A DNA stretch of 64,000 bases from a virus: IMG/VR virus record IMGVR_UViG_3300022752_000021; one strand, written 5' to 3'. Shown here in pieces: positions 21,284 through 31,565 of this stretch. The translations under genes were made by a program, and so were the position numbers. Numbering within the stretch: the first letter of the stretch is position 1; each line of letters starts with the position of its first letter. The notes under the pieces were generated by a model that was not told the DNA's origin, made no database searches, and worked only from the letters and a program-made list of their open reading frames with translations.

Positions 21284-21679
21284 TTACCTTAGCCTTTCTA
21301 TTGTTACAAAAACCTTTGAGTTTTCTTTCGTATTCAACAACATGAAAGATATAGTTACTTCGAACGTGTTTGTATCTTCGTTGAATATGACGATAACATC
21401 ATTTATTTTTGCTCTTGGTTCGTATCGATTCAAAATATCTATGATGTTTGACCGAACCATTACTGCGGTCATCGGTGTTGCTGGTTCAAACAATAACCTT
21501 GTAAGCCTCGCATCTATTTGGGGCTTGAATGGCTTATCGTATTTGTTCATCATGACAAGATTACGAATTGCTCTCTTGACTGCCTCTGCATCTGTCTTTT
21601 GAGGGACATCAGATGTCATTGGGTGTGGAGCAAAGTCTAGATCTAGATCTTTGAAAAGGTTTTTTCGTATCTTGTTCAT
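21284..21679 (-). CDS. gp25: Baseplate wedge subunit gp25
   Basis: DLDLDF..HP...D, AVKRAIRNLV, LLFEP, YEPR. Confidence 0.92.
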   Translation of the reverse strand: MNKIRKNLFKDLDLDFAPHPMTSDVPQKTDAEAVKRAIRNLVMMNKYDKPFKPQIDARLTRLLFEPATPMTAVMVRSNIIDILNRYEPRAKINDVIVIFNEDTNTFEVTISFMLLNTKENSKVFVTIERLR

Positions 21680-22314
21680 CTATAGTCTTTGGCTGAGTTC
21701 AGCAGGAATGAGATTTGGTCGCGAGTGTATTCAAACTCTGTTTTGGTTGCAGATTCATCTACATTATCTAGAGTTCCCAAATCACACCATTCAATGGTTA
21801 TGTATCCATAAACTACCAAACTATCATTGCAAAAAAGCGGAAGAATAGAGAATGCAATGGTGTCGTGTAACTCGTAGAACTTCTTGGTGTTTGATTCGAA
21901 CAACCCATTGGTCATTCTGATATGAGAATCATTGTCTCTGAGTTGTTGAATGATCTCAACGAATCGACTCACCAAAACGTCCTGTCTGAATTGCATTGTG
22001 GACGGTGTTTTGGGATCGCATGATTGGTGGGATATACTCATTCTACGCATACAAGAACCATCAGCAAACTTACCACCATTATGGAATTGGGTAAGCGAGG
22101 TTCTTGATGCCTTGCTCTTCATCCGCAGTTCACTCAACATATCGGATATACGCATATTCACATTGTTGAATGTCTCTTCTTTTCTTGCTGCTGTTCTTTT
22201 CCTAAAATACCTAATGATAGGTTTCAATGCGACAACCGCTGTTATAAGAGCGGTCAAAGTTCCTAAAACAGCACCAAGAACCTCAACCCAACTAAGTATT
22301 GAATCTGTACCCAT
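21676..22314 (-). CDS. Putative holin (T4 T-like: single TM helix plus GAF-like soluble domain)
   Basis: N-terminal hydrophobic helix (WVEVLGAVLGTLTALITAVVAL), basic stretch, then FHNG motif and a C-terminal LPL...YGYITIEW GAF-like pattern; late-promoter-like GATAAATA upstream. Confidence 0.45.
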   Translation of the reverse strand: MGTDSILSWVEVLGAVLGTLTALITAVVALKPIIRYFRKRTAARKEETFNNVNMRISDMLSELRMKSKASRTSLTQFHNGGKFADGSCMRRMSISHQSCDPKTPSTMQFRQDVLVSRFVEIIQQLRDNDSHIRMTNGLFESNTKKFYELHDTIAFSILPLFCNDSLVVYGYITIEWCDLGTLDNVDESATKTEFEYTRDQISFLLNSAKDYR

Positions 22315-22335
22315 TTCTTTCTCCAAAGTGTGAAA

Positions 22336-22343
22336 TATTTATC
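22336..22343 (-). promoter_or_regulatory. T4-type late promoter variant (GATAAATA)
   Basis: One mismatch to TATAAATA, about 20 nt before the ATG at 22314. Confidence 0.55.
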
Positions 22344-22377
22344 AACTACAAAATGATAAGATAATCACCATCAATCA

Positions 22378-23250
22378 TCAGACTGATCTATTCTTTAGAC
22401 TTGGGATGAGACTCAAAAAGTCCACTGGGGATCCCTCAACTGTTACCCCATTTTCTGCTGCCAAAGATGACAACTGACTACTTGCACCTGGCTGCGTTAT
22501 TAGATTTGTTATAAGTTGACCACCATAGCAAGGATCTAACAACATAGTTGATATTAGACCATTTGCTAGGGCATAGTCGGCTAAAGCAAGAGCGGCAATG
22601 GCATAAGTTGTTCTGTCAGCATTTTCAAAACCTTGCATTGTGGTTGTAAGTTCACTTATATTTGTGGACAATTGTCCGAGTTGGGAAAACAACCTACCAA
22701 GTTCTTGTGTATTTGAACCCTGACCAAGACTGAGTTGATACCCAACCTCACCCAAAAGTCTTCCAATCTCATAAGTGTTTGCGCCAAAGTTATCAAAGAA
22801 CGGACCGACAATTCTTGGGTCTAATGATGAAAATCCCTGTGTAAAGTTGTCTTTTAAAGTCTGTCCAGGATCTTTCAAAACTTCTTGCATGGAGTTGTAG
22901 GCAGACATCACACCAATAATTTGATCAATGGTATATTCGGGATCATTTCGCAACACCCCACTCAACTTATTTGTGTGGTCTTGAAATTTCTGAAGTTGGT
23001 CATTTAGAGCGACTAAATTTCTGTTCAAGTCGCCAAGATCTTGACTCGCCGCACTAAGTCCGTCAATTTTTCCAATAAGACCATCAAGTTCTGGACCTAA
23101 AATATCGAAAACCTGTGTGAGTGGATTCCTCAATAAGTTTCCTGCCATAAAGTCATTTATGAACTTTTTAGCACCTGGTGGGATTAGACCCGCAACAACG
23201 CTGCAATTTGCAGCACTAAAAATACTCACATTTGTTTCAAGAGAACTCAT
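22378..23250 (-). CDS. Hypothetical helical protein (probable baseplate-associated)
   Basis: 290-aa ORF coupled to the PAAR gene. Confidence 0.6.
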   Translation of the reverse strand: MSSLETNVSIFSAANCSVVAGLIPPGAKKFINDFMAGNLLRNPLTQVFDILGPELDGLIGKIDGLSAASQDLGDLNRNLVALNDQLQKFQDHTNKLSGVLRNDPEYTIDQIIGVMSAYNSMQEVLKDPGQTLKDNFTQGFSSLDPRIVGPFFDNFGANTYEIGRLLGEVGYQLSLGQGSNTQELGRLFSQLGQLSTNISELTTTMQGFENADRTTYAIAALALADYALANGLISTMLLDPCYGGQLITNLITQPGASSQLSSLAAENGVTVEGSPVDFLSLIPSLKNRSV

Positions 23251-23516
23251 TAACCAACCTCCACATCACTATGAGATAAAAGAATATGATTACAAGATGC
23301 TATGTCTCCAGTTCTACACACACCAAGATCTTCAAAGAGAACCGACGTAAATGACGTGACCATTTTCGCTTTTTCATGTTCGCTATCATTATCGTGTGAT
23401 GAAACCAAACTACCAAATCTTGCCACAGGCATATCGTTTACAAGCACAGAGTATGTTCCTGTCAACACGACACCACCACCAACGTAACTTCTACCAACCA
23501 ATCCGATGTTTGGCAT
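23250..23516 (-). CDS. PAAR-like spike tip protein (gp5.4-like)
   Basis: VLVNDMPVARFG..H..H and VCRTGD.ASCNH; downstream of gp5. Confidence 0.85.
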   Translation of the reverse strand: MPNIGLVGRSYVGGGVVLTGTYSVLVNDMPVARFGSLVSSHDNDSEHEKAKMVTSFTSVLFEDLGVCRTGDIASCNHILLSHSDVEVG

Positions 23517-23710
23517 TAGAACTCTCCCCCATCTAATTCAGTTATATTGAATCCTGCAAGCAGTTCAAAACCAGATTCGTAGAAATATGGAGGAATGCCA
23601 GAAGTTTTCCTTTTGCAAACATAAGTGAACCCATCATCGGTGTAATAAACCACATCACCTACGTTGTAGGTTGTGGATATATTGAATACGCCTTTCCATA
23701 CCAAGTGCAT
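23516..23710 (-). CDS. Small protein resembling a carbohydrate-binding (CBM5/12-like) module
   Basis: WKG.F.....YNVGDVVYY...TYVC pattern; ends LDGGEF. Confidence 0.5.
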   Translation of the reverse strand: MHLVWKGVFNISTTYNVGDVVYYTDDGFTYVCKRKTSGIPPYFYESGFELLAGFNITELDGGEF

Positions 23711-23713
23711 CTA

Positions 23714-24880
23714 TCAGACTCCCCCAAATGGATTCGGGTAAACGCCAGGAATAATAAATGCATCACTAGCAGACTCGCCTTTTCTTGAAAGGCAATTCAA
23801 CTTAATGCTGGTGGTCTTACCAGAAAGTGCCAAATCACTACCAATTTTGGTTTTCAGAATCACATCACCAATAGCGGACGATACAACAAATCCACCAATT
23901 CCATAAACCTCATTGACACAGTTTCCCATGACCTTGGTGTATTTGTTGCCTATTATTGTTTCGCGGTAGTCACCAAGAACAGAAACATCCCACGTTCCAT
24001 ACACAATAGCCCTAACATCTTTTAGGGCTTGAAGATTTACGTTACCATCAACTTGAAGATTTAGGCTTCCACCAGGAATGCTACTACCAACATAGATGCT
24101 GGCATCACCATTCACGGTTATTTTTGCTGCGCCATTTATATGAACAAAATCACTTCCTGCTATGAGTTCATAGTTGTTTCCAACAATCTTTTGAACTCTT
24201 GTTCCCGATGGATTACCCGCAAATCCATTTGCAACTTCTTCAAATGATCCACCAGGATGGTATGTATGATGTCTTTCTTTACCTGAAGTATCATCCCACT
24301 CTTCCACCATACCAGATGATGTTGCAAACACTTTATTGTTTGGGTATTGCGGATTGTATGGGGTTTCTGGTTCAGACCATCTTTGAGTTTCAAGTGCATC
24401 CCATGCGACTGGAATCAACTTCGTGGTTCCATTCTTTTTGGACTCAACAATAGTCTTGTCTGTGTGTTCACCCGTGGCAAGAAAGTTGACATCGCTGTGC
24501 TTTACATCAACGTATTCTTGTGTGGGGTATGTTCCCGATGGATCATTGAATCCAACCTTTTTGTCTGCTATTTCCTGTGGTATGCCACCAACAGAGAACA
24601 TGACAATCGGCTGTTGTGCATTGATTCCATCCCTGAAAAATCCGAACACATGTGTTCCCGTCAAAAGTCCAGTTGGAGATTTTCCAACCCCGCTTATCGA
24701 CGCGCTTGTGATGTCCAGTAGTGGATGCGCCCAAGGAAGATCTTCGGTCGGAAGATTTTTCTTGTTTTCTGGATGATATCCGAAGATGCGAACACGAACT
24801 CTACCGAGTTTCAATGGGTCATTTGTGTCTTCAACGACACCAAACCACCAAACAAATCCAGTCTGACCCATTATGTTCAT
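23714..24880 (-). CDS. gp5: Baseplate central spike gp5 (OB-fold plus beta-helix; no lysozyme domain evident)
   Basis: WWFGVVED.NDPLKLGRVRVR..GYH, LPWA, VFGFFRDG..AQQP, YP.N.V..T.SG...E.DDT...ER. Confidence 0.92.
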   Translation of the reverse strand: MNIMGQTGFVWWFGVVEDTNDPLKLGRVRVRIFGYHPENKKNLPTEDLPWAHPLLDITSASISGVGKSPTGLLTGTHVFGFFRDGINAQQPIVMFSVGGIPQEIADKKVGFNDPSGTYPTQEYVDVKHSDVNFLATGEHTDKTIVESKKNGTTKLIPVAWDALETQRWSEPETPYNPQYPNNKVFATSSGMVEEWDDTSGKERHHTYHPGGSFEEVANGFAGNPSGTRVQKIVGNNYELIAGSDFVHINGAAKITVNGDASIYVGSSIPGGSLNLQVDGNVNLQALKDVRAIVYGTWDVSVLGDYRETIIGNKYTKVMGNCVNEVYGIGGFVVSSAIGDVILKTKIGSDLALSGKTTSIKLNCLSRKGESASDAFIIPGVYPNPFGGV

Positions 24881-24883
24881 CTA

Positions 24884-25024
24884 TCATCGGTTCCTTTCAG
24901 AAGTTCCGAAGTTTTCGTTGCCCCATCTTTCCCAATCAAGGAGTTCTTCCTTGGTGTATGGCAACTTCCACAACTTTTCTTCCGTTTCTCTTGGTGTGAT
25001 TACCTTCTTTTCTGTTTCTTCCAT
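24884..25024 (-). CDS. Small hypothetical protein (46 aa)
   Basis: Manual ORF MEETEKK...ELLDWERWGNENFGTSERNR with GGAG RBS, filling the gap between two virion genes. Confidence 0.5.
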   Translation of the reverse strand: MEETEKKVITPRETEEKLWKLPYTKEELLDWERWGNENFGTSERNR

Positions 25025-25048
25025 AATCCAACTCCATTCTCAAGAATG

Positions 25049-26350
25049 TTACTCAAAAGCGTCGGGGATTCCCTTAATCAACGAATCCTTAGCCAACTCC
25101 AACGTGGTGTTGTATCCGACTTCTCTATTTATCATGTGTTTCATAGAGACAATGATGTACTTACCACTCAAATAGATGTCTTCCCAATCCTTTTCATTGG
25201 AGTCCATATATCCTATTTTTGGTATCTCAAAATCAATGACATCTAATAGACGCAGTGTGGAATTTCCATTTACAAGCAGGGACAACTTAATCGTGTTGAA
25301 TTGGCGAAGAATGCTTGCTCTCTCACGGAAATAATCCTGTGGAGCATCGTTGTCAGCGATTGAGTTTACTCTGTTAGTTTGAACTGGTAGGTAATTGATA
25401 AAACCCAGTTTTGCGTTAGTGAGTTCTGTGTCGGCAGAAGGTATAAGTTTGTAATCGTTTAAGTGATACGATCTATCAAATGAGTTGTGGTAATCGTATT
25501 CATAGTACGACATCTTTTTAGTTGTGATGTCGTGAGTCATTAGATATCCAGAATACATTCCTGTTTTGTATTCCAACAATCTATCGAAATACGAAGACAC
25601 ATTGTAGTCTTGCACCTTTTCAAGAAATCGATTTATGTTAGAGATGTTCACGGGATTACTTGGCTCGTATCGATATGTCATTACTGGTGGCTGAGTAGAT
25701 CTACCAAGCATATTAGCAAAATGAAATCCATCAACATCCTCATAGAAGACAAAGCATGATGGACCTCTACCATTCGACGGACCTGGTGTGAATGCTCTCT
25801 GTGCCAACCAATTTATGGAATAGATTGGAGACCAGTATGGGAATATAAACTGAAACGGCTTGTTGTTTGTTTCATCAAGAGTGATAACAGCAGAGTCTTT
25901 GAAGTTTTCAACAAATATCTCTTTGGCTATTTTAGCAATCGATCCTTTTTTAGAACACGATATCTTTCTCTTATTGTTGTCGTATTGAACCTCTGAAACA
26001 AACTGCATCTTGTAGACTTCAGACTTCTCATTCGTAGTTCTTGATTTTCCAACAACAGAAAAAACTCTGCCTGTTATTTCAACAGGCACTTTTGCACCTT
26101 TTGTTCTATATGATAGTTGAATTAGTTCATTGCCTACAATCGGAATGACTTCTGAGTAGTTCAATGTGTCTCGTATAGTCAACTCACCGATCATCTTGGT
26201 ATCGAAGATGGTTTCATAAATGACAACTTCAATAAACTGCGGAATCAAGTCTACTGGGTCACCACCTTTAGCCGAGGTGATTACCAACTTGAGCAATTCA
26301 TAATCATTTGGCTTTGTATAAGCCTTTTCTTCTTTTGCGATATTAGGCAT
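25049..26350 (-). CDS. Baseplate hub/tail protein (gp27-like position)
   Basis: IYE.IF....G.L.I.D, PIVGNE, FVFYEDVDGFHF, YLSGKYII..MKH, LELAKDS; lies between gp53 and gp5. Confidence 0.7.
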   Translation of the reverse strand: MPNIAKEEKAYTKPNDYELLKLVITSAKGGDPVDLIPQFIEVVIYETIFDTKMIGELTIRDTLNYSEVIPIVGNELIQLSYRTKGAKVPVEITGRVFSVVGKSRTTNEKSEVYKMQFVSEVQYDNNKRKISCSKKGSIAKIAKEIFVENFKDSAVITLDETNNKPFQFIFPYWSPIYSINWLAQRAFTPGPSNGRGPSCFVFYEDVDGFHFANMLGRSTQPPVMTYRYEPSNPVNISNINRFLEKVQDYNVSSYFDRLLEYKTGMYSGYLMTHDITTKKMSYYEYDYHNSFDRSYHLNDYKLIPSADTELTNAKLGFINYLPVQTNRVNSIADNDAPQDYFRERASILRQFNTIKLSLLVNGNSTLRLLDVIDFEIPKIGYMDSNEKDWEDIYLSGKYIIVSMKHMINREVGYNTTLELAKDSLIKGIPDAFE

Positions 26351-27212
26351 TTCTCAAAAAGTTCTCCACATCTCTGTTTACGTCTCTGAGATACCTACCG
26401 TCAACAAGAACTATATTTCGCTTCTCGTCATTTTGTGCTATCTCATAGTCTCTATTTGTGACAAGTTCATTGGTATAGTCTTCCAACACATAACGTCCAA
26501 GTGGCGTTGCACCGAACGTGAATCCAAAACTTGAAGCAGACAAAAACTCACCATGAAGAGATGATGGAACTCTTGGATTGAGTATCTCACCATCAGAATT
26601 TTCAAAGTGGTGTGCTGCATATGGGGATTCTATAACTTTTCCTATTCGGGCAACGTAATAAGTTGTAACCCCCAATGCATTAGTATTTGCACCAGCAATA
26701 TAGTCACCTTCAGCGGGAATCCATGCGGTCTTCTGTGTGAAGTCCATCACCAATCGGCAATACTGAGGATCGTATTCCACAACTCTTGCATTCATCAACG
26801 AACTCTGAATAGATGGTTGTAGACTTGGATTTGTTACTGTAGTTGCATAAACAATATCGTTTGTTCTAAAAGACCCCTCAAACGCTTTTGTTCCACCGAC
26901 ATCAGTGAGAAACAACGTGTAGCCTGGATATTTTTCGTTGACGTAGTTATCTAATGAATTAGAAGACAAAACCCAATCATAGTATGGATTGGTGATATCA
27001 TTGAGACTCATCACCACCCAATTCATATTCGAATCTTTATAGACGCGATCTGCTAATACTTCCAAGCGATCCGTGTCGTTTATCGTTACATTGATTGGGT
27101 ATGCTCCCTCATCAATTACGGTTTGCTCTACCTTGAAACGAACCGTGATGTCAGACATCTCACGATAGCCATATGGAGTGATGTAGTTTACTCTTGGTAG
27201 TTTATCGTACAT
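26343..27212 (-). CDS. gp53: Baseplate wedge subunit gp53
   Basis: R.EVLA..VY.DS...WVV...NDI.NPYYDW; VTN.DYE...N..KRNI. Confidence 0.88.
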   Translation of the reverse strand: MYDKLPRVNYITPYGYREMSDITVRFKVEQTVIDEGAYPINVTINDTDRLEVLADRVYKDSNMNWVVMSLNDITNPYYDWVLSSNSLDNYVNEKYPGYTLFLTDVGGTKAFEGSFRTNDIVYATTVTNPSLQPSIQSSLMNARVVEYDPQYCRLVMDFTQKTAWIPAEGDYIAGANTNALGVTTYYVARIGKVIESPYAAHHFENSDGEILNPRVPSSLHGEFLSASSFGFTFGATPLGRYVLEDYTNELVTNRDYEIAQNDEKRNIVLVDGRYLRDVNRDVENFLRNA

Positions 27213-27213
27213 T

Positions 27214-28752
27214 TTAGTATCCGTGTACTATGTGTTCGTTTGTCAACTGTTCCATTTCCTGGAACCCAAGTTCAAGACGAATGAATGCTGGCTTTGAATC
27301 TGTGAAAGTTTTGAAATCTCCAGCGGCAGCATAATCCACATTTATAGATTGGAGTGCGAGTCTTGGTAGTTTTGGTAGGTTGTCATTTATCACAATCATG
27401 CCGCTTGGCTCTTCGATTATGAAGAACGACATCTCAAACTCTGCTGGAAACGTGAAGAAGTGTCCACCGCCACCCTGAAGACCTGGATACGCATGATATC
27501 GAAGCATCTTTATGATGTTGAGAACTGTCTCTGCTTCCTTCTCATTTCGTGGGGCGAAATCAAATGTGAAGTTGTGACTGCGAACACCAACATCACGGAA
27601 CATCATTTCTCTTCTAGGATTCTGTGTTGTTCGTTGTTGTGCTGCTCGTATAGCACCAGCATTCACTTCCTGCAAGTTTTCACCAACACCAAGAGGTATG
27701 TTCCCTGCTATAGCACCAACTGCATCAGAAATTCCCTTTCGCCCAACCTTTTCAATCGCAGCGGAGACGGCTCCTCTTTTTCCAGTTATAGCATCCAACA
27801 CCATTCTAGAAGTTCCCATTTCTTCTTCCGAATATATCAACTGATCGTTGATTGAAAACTTTTGCGGCATGTAGAGACATATCGTGTCTTTTGATTTTAC
27901 ATTTGCGTTGTTGAAGCGTCTATTTGCAAGAAGTATGTTTTGCTCCTCGCGAGGACGATTGACCGCTCTACCAGAAGCACCCCTACGATTGTAGTTTCGC
28001 GGGTTCTTATTCGCTTCTGCAAGGTTGTCTCTTAAAGATGCTTCTCCATAACTAGCCAAAAATCCAGCAGTGTTTTTAACAGCCCCGACTGCGGCGTTGT
28101 AAGTAGATTCTATTACACCAGCATCACCAGCACCTTGAAGTAGTGCTTCAACGCCACCAATATTCTCATCGGATGTTAAGCCAGTTGATCGCAAACCTTC
28201 TGATGAAAAGATTGCTTTGGAATATCTATCTGCTTGTTGTTGTGAGTAACCAGCCTGAATGAGAGTGTTATACGTTGCTGTTTCATTATCACCAATCAAC
28301 CATCCCTGTCGTGCCTCACCAGCAAACTGATTACCACCTTTAGCCAAGACGGAACTAGTTACTTGATTGTACTCTCTAGTTGATAACCGAACTTCATCTG
28401 ACGTTCCTTGATAAATATTGAGTGTGATGAAGTGTCTAAATCTTCGATTCTTACCCAATTCTTGTGGGTATACAAGAAATGATGGGATTCCAAGTATTAC
28501 ATTTTGTTGGTCTGGGTCTATTTGAATGCGACCATTTTCATCGGCTCTGCCAAATTCAGAACCCATGTGACCTTGTGTGGATGTTGTGTTGATGAGTTCT
28601 TCTAAAGATCGCTCACCAGGACGGTAATATGATGTCTTTTCTTTGGAACGTGAGTTACCACCAGCCGCACCGAGTATGGGGTACTCAAGTTGGTTTGGAA
28701 TCGTTTGATTTTCCGTATAGTATAACTTCTCTATATTCTTTCGTTCAGGCAT
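27214..28752 (-). CDS. gp48: Baseplate tail-tube cap gp48
   Basis: LYMP, NP..EMMF..V..RSHNFTFDFAPRN..EA, P.EF, L..INVDY, L.LGFQEME. Confidence 0.85.
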   Translation of the reverse strand: MPERKNIEKLYYTENQTIPNQLEYPILGAAGGNSRSKEKTSYYRPGERSLEELINTTSTQGHMGSEFGRADENGRIQIDPDQQNVILGIPSFLVYPQELGKNRRFRHFITLNIYQGTSDEVRLSTREYNQVTSSVLAKGGNQFAGEARQGWLIGDNETATYNTLIQAGYSQQQADRYSKAIFSSEGLRSTGLTSDENIGGVEALLQGAGDAGVIESTYNAAVGAVKNTAGFLASYGEASLRDNLAEANKNPRNYNRRGASGRAVNRPREEQNILLANRRFNNANVKSKDTICLYMPQKFSINDQLIYSEEEMGTSRMVLDAITGKRGAVSAAIEKVGRKGISDAVGAIAGNIPLGVGENLQEVNAGAIRAAQQRTTQNPRREMMFRDVGVRSHNFTFDFAPRNEKEAETVLNIIKMLRYHAYPGLQGGGGHFFTFPAEFEMSFFIIEEPSGMIVINDNLPKLPRLALQSINVDYAAAGDFKTFTDSKPAFIRLELGFQEMEQLTNEHIVHGY

Positions 28753-29211
28753 ATGATTAACCGAGAAAACAAGTTCCTACAGGGCGTGTTCAGTCCAAAG
28801 AACCCCAAGAAGTATAGGGGTGATCCCACAAAGATTATGTATAGGAGTTCGTGGGAGAGAAAGTTTATGGATTATTGCGATTTGAAGGAATCCATCGTTG
28901 AATGGTCTAGCGAATCAACGATTATTCCATACCACTATGACCTAGATGGTAAGACTCACCGATACTTCATAGACTTCAAGATTGTCGTAAGAGAGAAGAA
29001 TGACACTCTGCAAACGTACCTCGTTGAGATCAAACCAAAGAAACAAACGCAGCCACCAAAACAACCAAAGAGAAAAACTAAAACTTACATGTATGAGTCT
29101 TTTCAGTATGTGAAAAACCAAAATAAATGGGATGCTGCAAAAAAATATGCTGAAGTCCGAGGGTGGAAGTTCATCGTCTTGACTGAAACAGATCTTGGAA
29201 TCAAAAACTAA
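28753..29211 (+). CDS. gp4: Head completion nuclease gp4
   Basis: PKNPKKYRGDP..I.YRSSWE..FM..CD, WSSE...IPY, HRYFIDF, VEIKP..QT, NQ.KW.AA. Confidence 0.95.
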   Translation: MINRENKFLQGVFSPKNPKKYRGDPTKIMYRSSWERKFMDYCDLKESIVEWSSESTIIPYHYDLDGKTHRYFIDFKIVVREKNDTLQTYLVEIKPKKQTQPPKQPKRKTKTYMYESFQYVKNQNKWDAAKKYAEVRGWKFIVLTETDLGIKN

Positions 29212-29894
29212 TGCAAAATCAAAACGAGCCAATGACCTTCAAGATAATCTTTGAGCAACTTCAGGCAATGAAGGACGAAGATTTAGATTCCCCCACCGAA
29301 GACCAAGAGATGGCATCATTGCGGTGGTATGATCAATTTACAACAGAAGCATATAGGGAAATAACAGAGACAAACGAAAAGTCATACAAGGACAAACAGC
29401 GAATTTTGCTAAACAGCATACCTGAATACTACACACCGATCCAAAAAGCAGGAACTATGTGGTCTTTCTTATATGAAGCCGAAAGCGACCGCCTTCAGTT
29501 TTGGGACAGAATCCCCTTAGTCTTGAGGATGATTGACAACAAAGATGATACCAAAAGTTTCATGGGTATGAATCTCCACTATCTCTATCCCCGTTATAGA
29601 AAGGTTTTACTCTTGAGTTTGTTGCGTCGAGTCACGGCTGACTTGGAAAACGAAAATGCCAGAATAACTAAACTCAATAGTTCTTCGCTGTTCAAATTTC
29701 CTGATAAATATGGAAGAGCCTGTATTCGTAGGTACAAATACGACAACATTCGAAGAAAACCCATTCGTATACCACCAGAACACTGGCTCAAAATGATTTA
29801 CTTACCAACATACCACTTTGTTGGTGGAAGACCTAATAAGGTGTGGGCAAAAACTTATGAAACAATGAAGAAGATGGGACTAACAAAAAGGTAA
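29211..29894 (+). CDS. gp2: DNA end protector gp2
   Basis: G.M..F.Y, L.FWDR.PLV, F.G.NLHYL. Confidence 0.85.
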   Translation: MQNQNEPMTFKIIFEQLQAMKDEDLDSPTEDQEMASLRWYDQFTTEAYREITETNEKSYKDKQRILLNSIPEYYTPIQKAGTMWSFLYEAESDRLQFWDRIPLVLRMIDNKDDTKSFMGMNLHYLYPRYRKVLLLSLLRRVTADLENENARITKLNSSSLFKFPDKYGRACIRRYKYDNIRRKPIRIPPEHWLKMIYLPTYHFVGGRPNKVWAKTYETMKKMGLTKR

Positions 29895-29897
29895 TCA

Positions 29898-30836
29898 ATG
29901 ACGCAGTTTCAAGGAACCAACAATCCCAACCCACTATATGTCCCACCAGATCTAGCAGCAAAAAGCGCACAACAGGCTCTAGAAGATTTGGGTCTTCGTG
30001 GCTCTTCTATTCAAGACTCAAATCCTGTCATCAATTCGATTGAATCGCAGATTGCACAAACCAACGCCAGAATCGAAAAGTTCTATGATGATCTCATCAA
30101 TGAAACTGGTGGTATGAAATATCGCGATCCATTGACAAGTAACATCGCTCGACAGATGGCGCATATTGCGGATATGAACTTTTACTCAAGACCAACGCGG
30201 TTCTATTTTGAAATCGAAGGTCTTGGTTGGCCCCAAAATGAAAGACTTGTTCGCAACTGTCAAAGTACAGCAATGCCTGGTCGCGCATTGCAAACGCAGC
30301 CATTGAAAATCTACGGACCACCCGTGGAGTATGCGTATGAAGCCAACTACGCAAACGAGTTGCAAATGACTTTCCGCGTAGGCGAAGACTTATTCGAAAG
30401 AGATTTCTTCGAAGGTTGGATGGGATCTGTCTATTCTCCAATGACGGGAGATTTGCTCTACCCAGACACTTACATGACAAACATGCGAATCTACCAACTC
30501 GACCGAAGAGATCTCAAAGTCTATTGCACCGAACTATACAACGTGTTCTGCAAAAACATATCCGATATAGAACTATCAACTGATGCAACGGATCAAATCA
30601 CAACGATAAATGTCACTCTTTCCTATTCAGAGTATCAGGTGATTGGTAAGAGAAACTTTCCATATTACGTCAGAAAAGATCGTGGAGAAACCGAAGAAAC
30701 AACTACGATTGCATCAAAAATACAGGCTTCTATATCAGAAGCACAAAAGATACACCAAGTCCGTCTTGATCGCGGTGTCCAACGTGCTGGTGATATTCGA
30801 AATGAAGTTCGGGAAGCATTGAATCGAAGTAATTGA
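29898..30836 (+). CDS. Tail tube/tube-initiator-like protein (gp54/gp19 family)
   Basis: SRPTRF, C.ST.MPGR.L, MTF......ER.FFE.W, Y...M.IYQLD. Confidence 0.7.
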   Translation: MTQFQGTNNPNPLYVPPDLAAKSAQQALEDLGLRGSSIQDSNPVINSIESQIAQTNARIEKFYDDLINETGGMKYRDPLTSNIARQMAHIADMNFYSRPTRFYFEIEGLGWPQNERLVRNCQSTAMPGRALQTQPLKIYGPPVEYAYEANYANELQMTFRVGEDLFERDFFEGWMGSVYSPMTGDLLYPDTYMTNMRIYQLDRRDLKVYCTELYNVFCKNISDIELSTDATDQITTINVTLSYSEYQVIGKRNFPYYVRKDRGETEETTTIASKIQASISEAQKIHQVRLDRGVQRAGDIRNEVREALNRSN

Positions 30837-30863
30837 TTGACCCTTTCAACAATGGAGTAAATT

Positions 30864-31565
30864 ATGTCATTACCAACACTCGGAATACCAAAATATAGAA
30901 TAACGATACCTTCTACCAAGAAAGAAACGACGTTTAGACCGTTTCTAGTCAAAGAACAGAAGGTTCTCTACATGGCTCTTGAGAGTCAAGATGATAAGCA
31001 GATACTTGATGCCATGTGCAACATCATACAATCTTGTGTTGATGGTATTTCAAGCATGTCAAAGATGCCAATGTTTGACATCGAATACTTGTTCACCAAA
31101 ATCAGAGCAAAATCTGTGGGTGAAATTATAGAAGTGAAGGCTAAATGCCCTCAATGCCAAAAATCAAATGAACTTTCGATCAATTTAGACGAAGTTGAAG
31201 TCCAATTCCCCGAATCCATATCAAATAAAATCATGATAAGCGACAAAGTGGGCATTGTCATTCGATACCCGTGCATTACTGATGCTCGCTCCAACCTAAA
31301 CAACATGAGCGTTGATGAGGTTTTACACTTTGTGGCTAATTCGATTGAGACTGTGTTTGACGAAGACAATGTATACACAAGAAAAGACTTTACAGATGAG
31401 GAAATCCAAAAGTTTGTTGAGTCCATGACGAACAATCAGTTTGAACTCATTGGAAAGTTCTATACGAATCTTCCAGAAATGAAAAAGGATGTTGATTGTC
31501 ACTGTATTAGTTGTGGGCATGACTTCAAAGCGTCATTCACAGGACTTCAAGATTTTTTTACATAA
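30864..31565 (+). CDS. gp26: Baseplate hub subunit gp26
   Basis: P.Y...IPST....FRPFLVKEQK.L, FDIEYLF..IRAKSVGE, CxxC motifs, terminal GLQDFF. Confidence 0.92.
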   Translation: MSLPTLGIPKYRITIPSTKKETTFRPFLVKEQKVLYMALESQDDKQILDAMCNIIQSCVDGISSMSKMPMFDIEYLFTKIRAKSVGEIIEVKAKCPQCQKSNELSINLDEVEVQFPESISNKIMISDKVGIVIRYPCITDARSNLNNMSVDEVLHFVANSIETVFDEDNVYTRKDFTDEEIQKFVESMTNNQFELIGKFYTNLPEMKKDVDCHCISCGHDFKASFTGLQDFFT

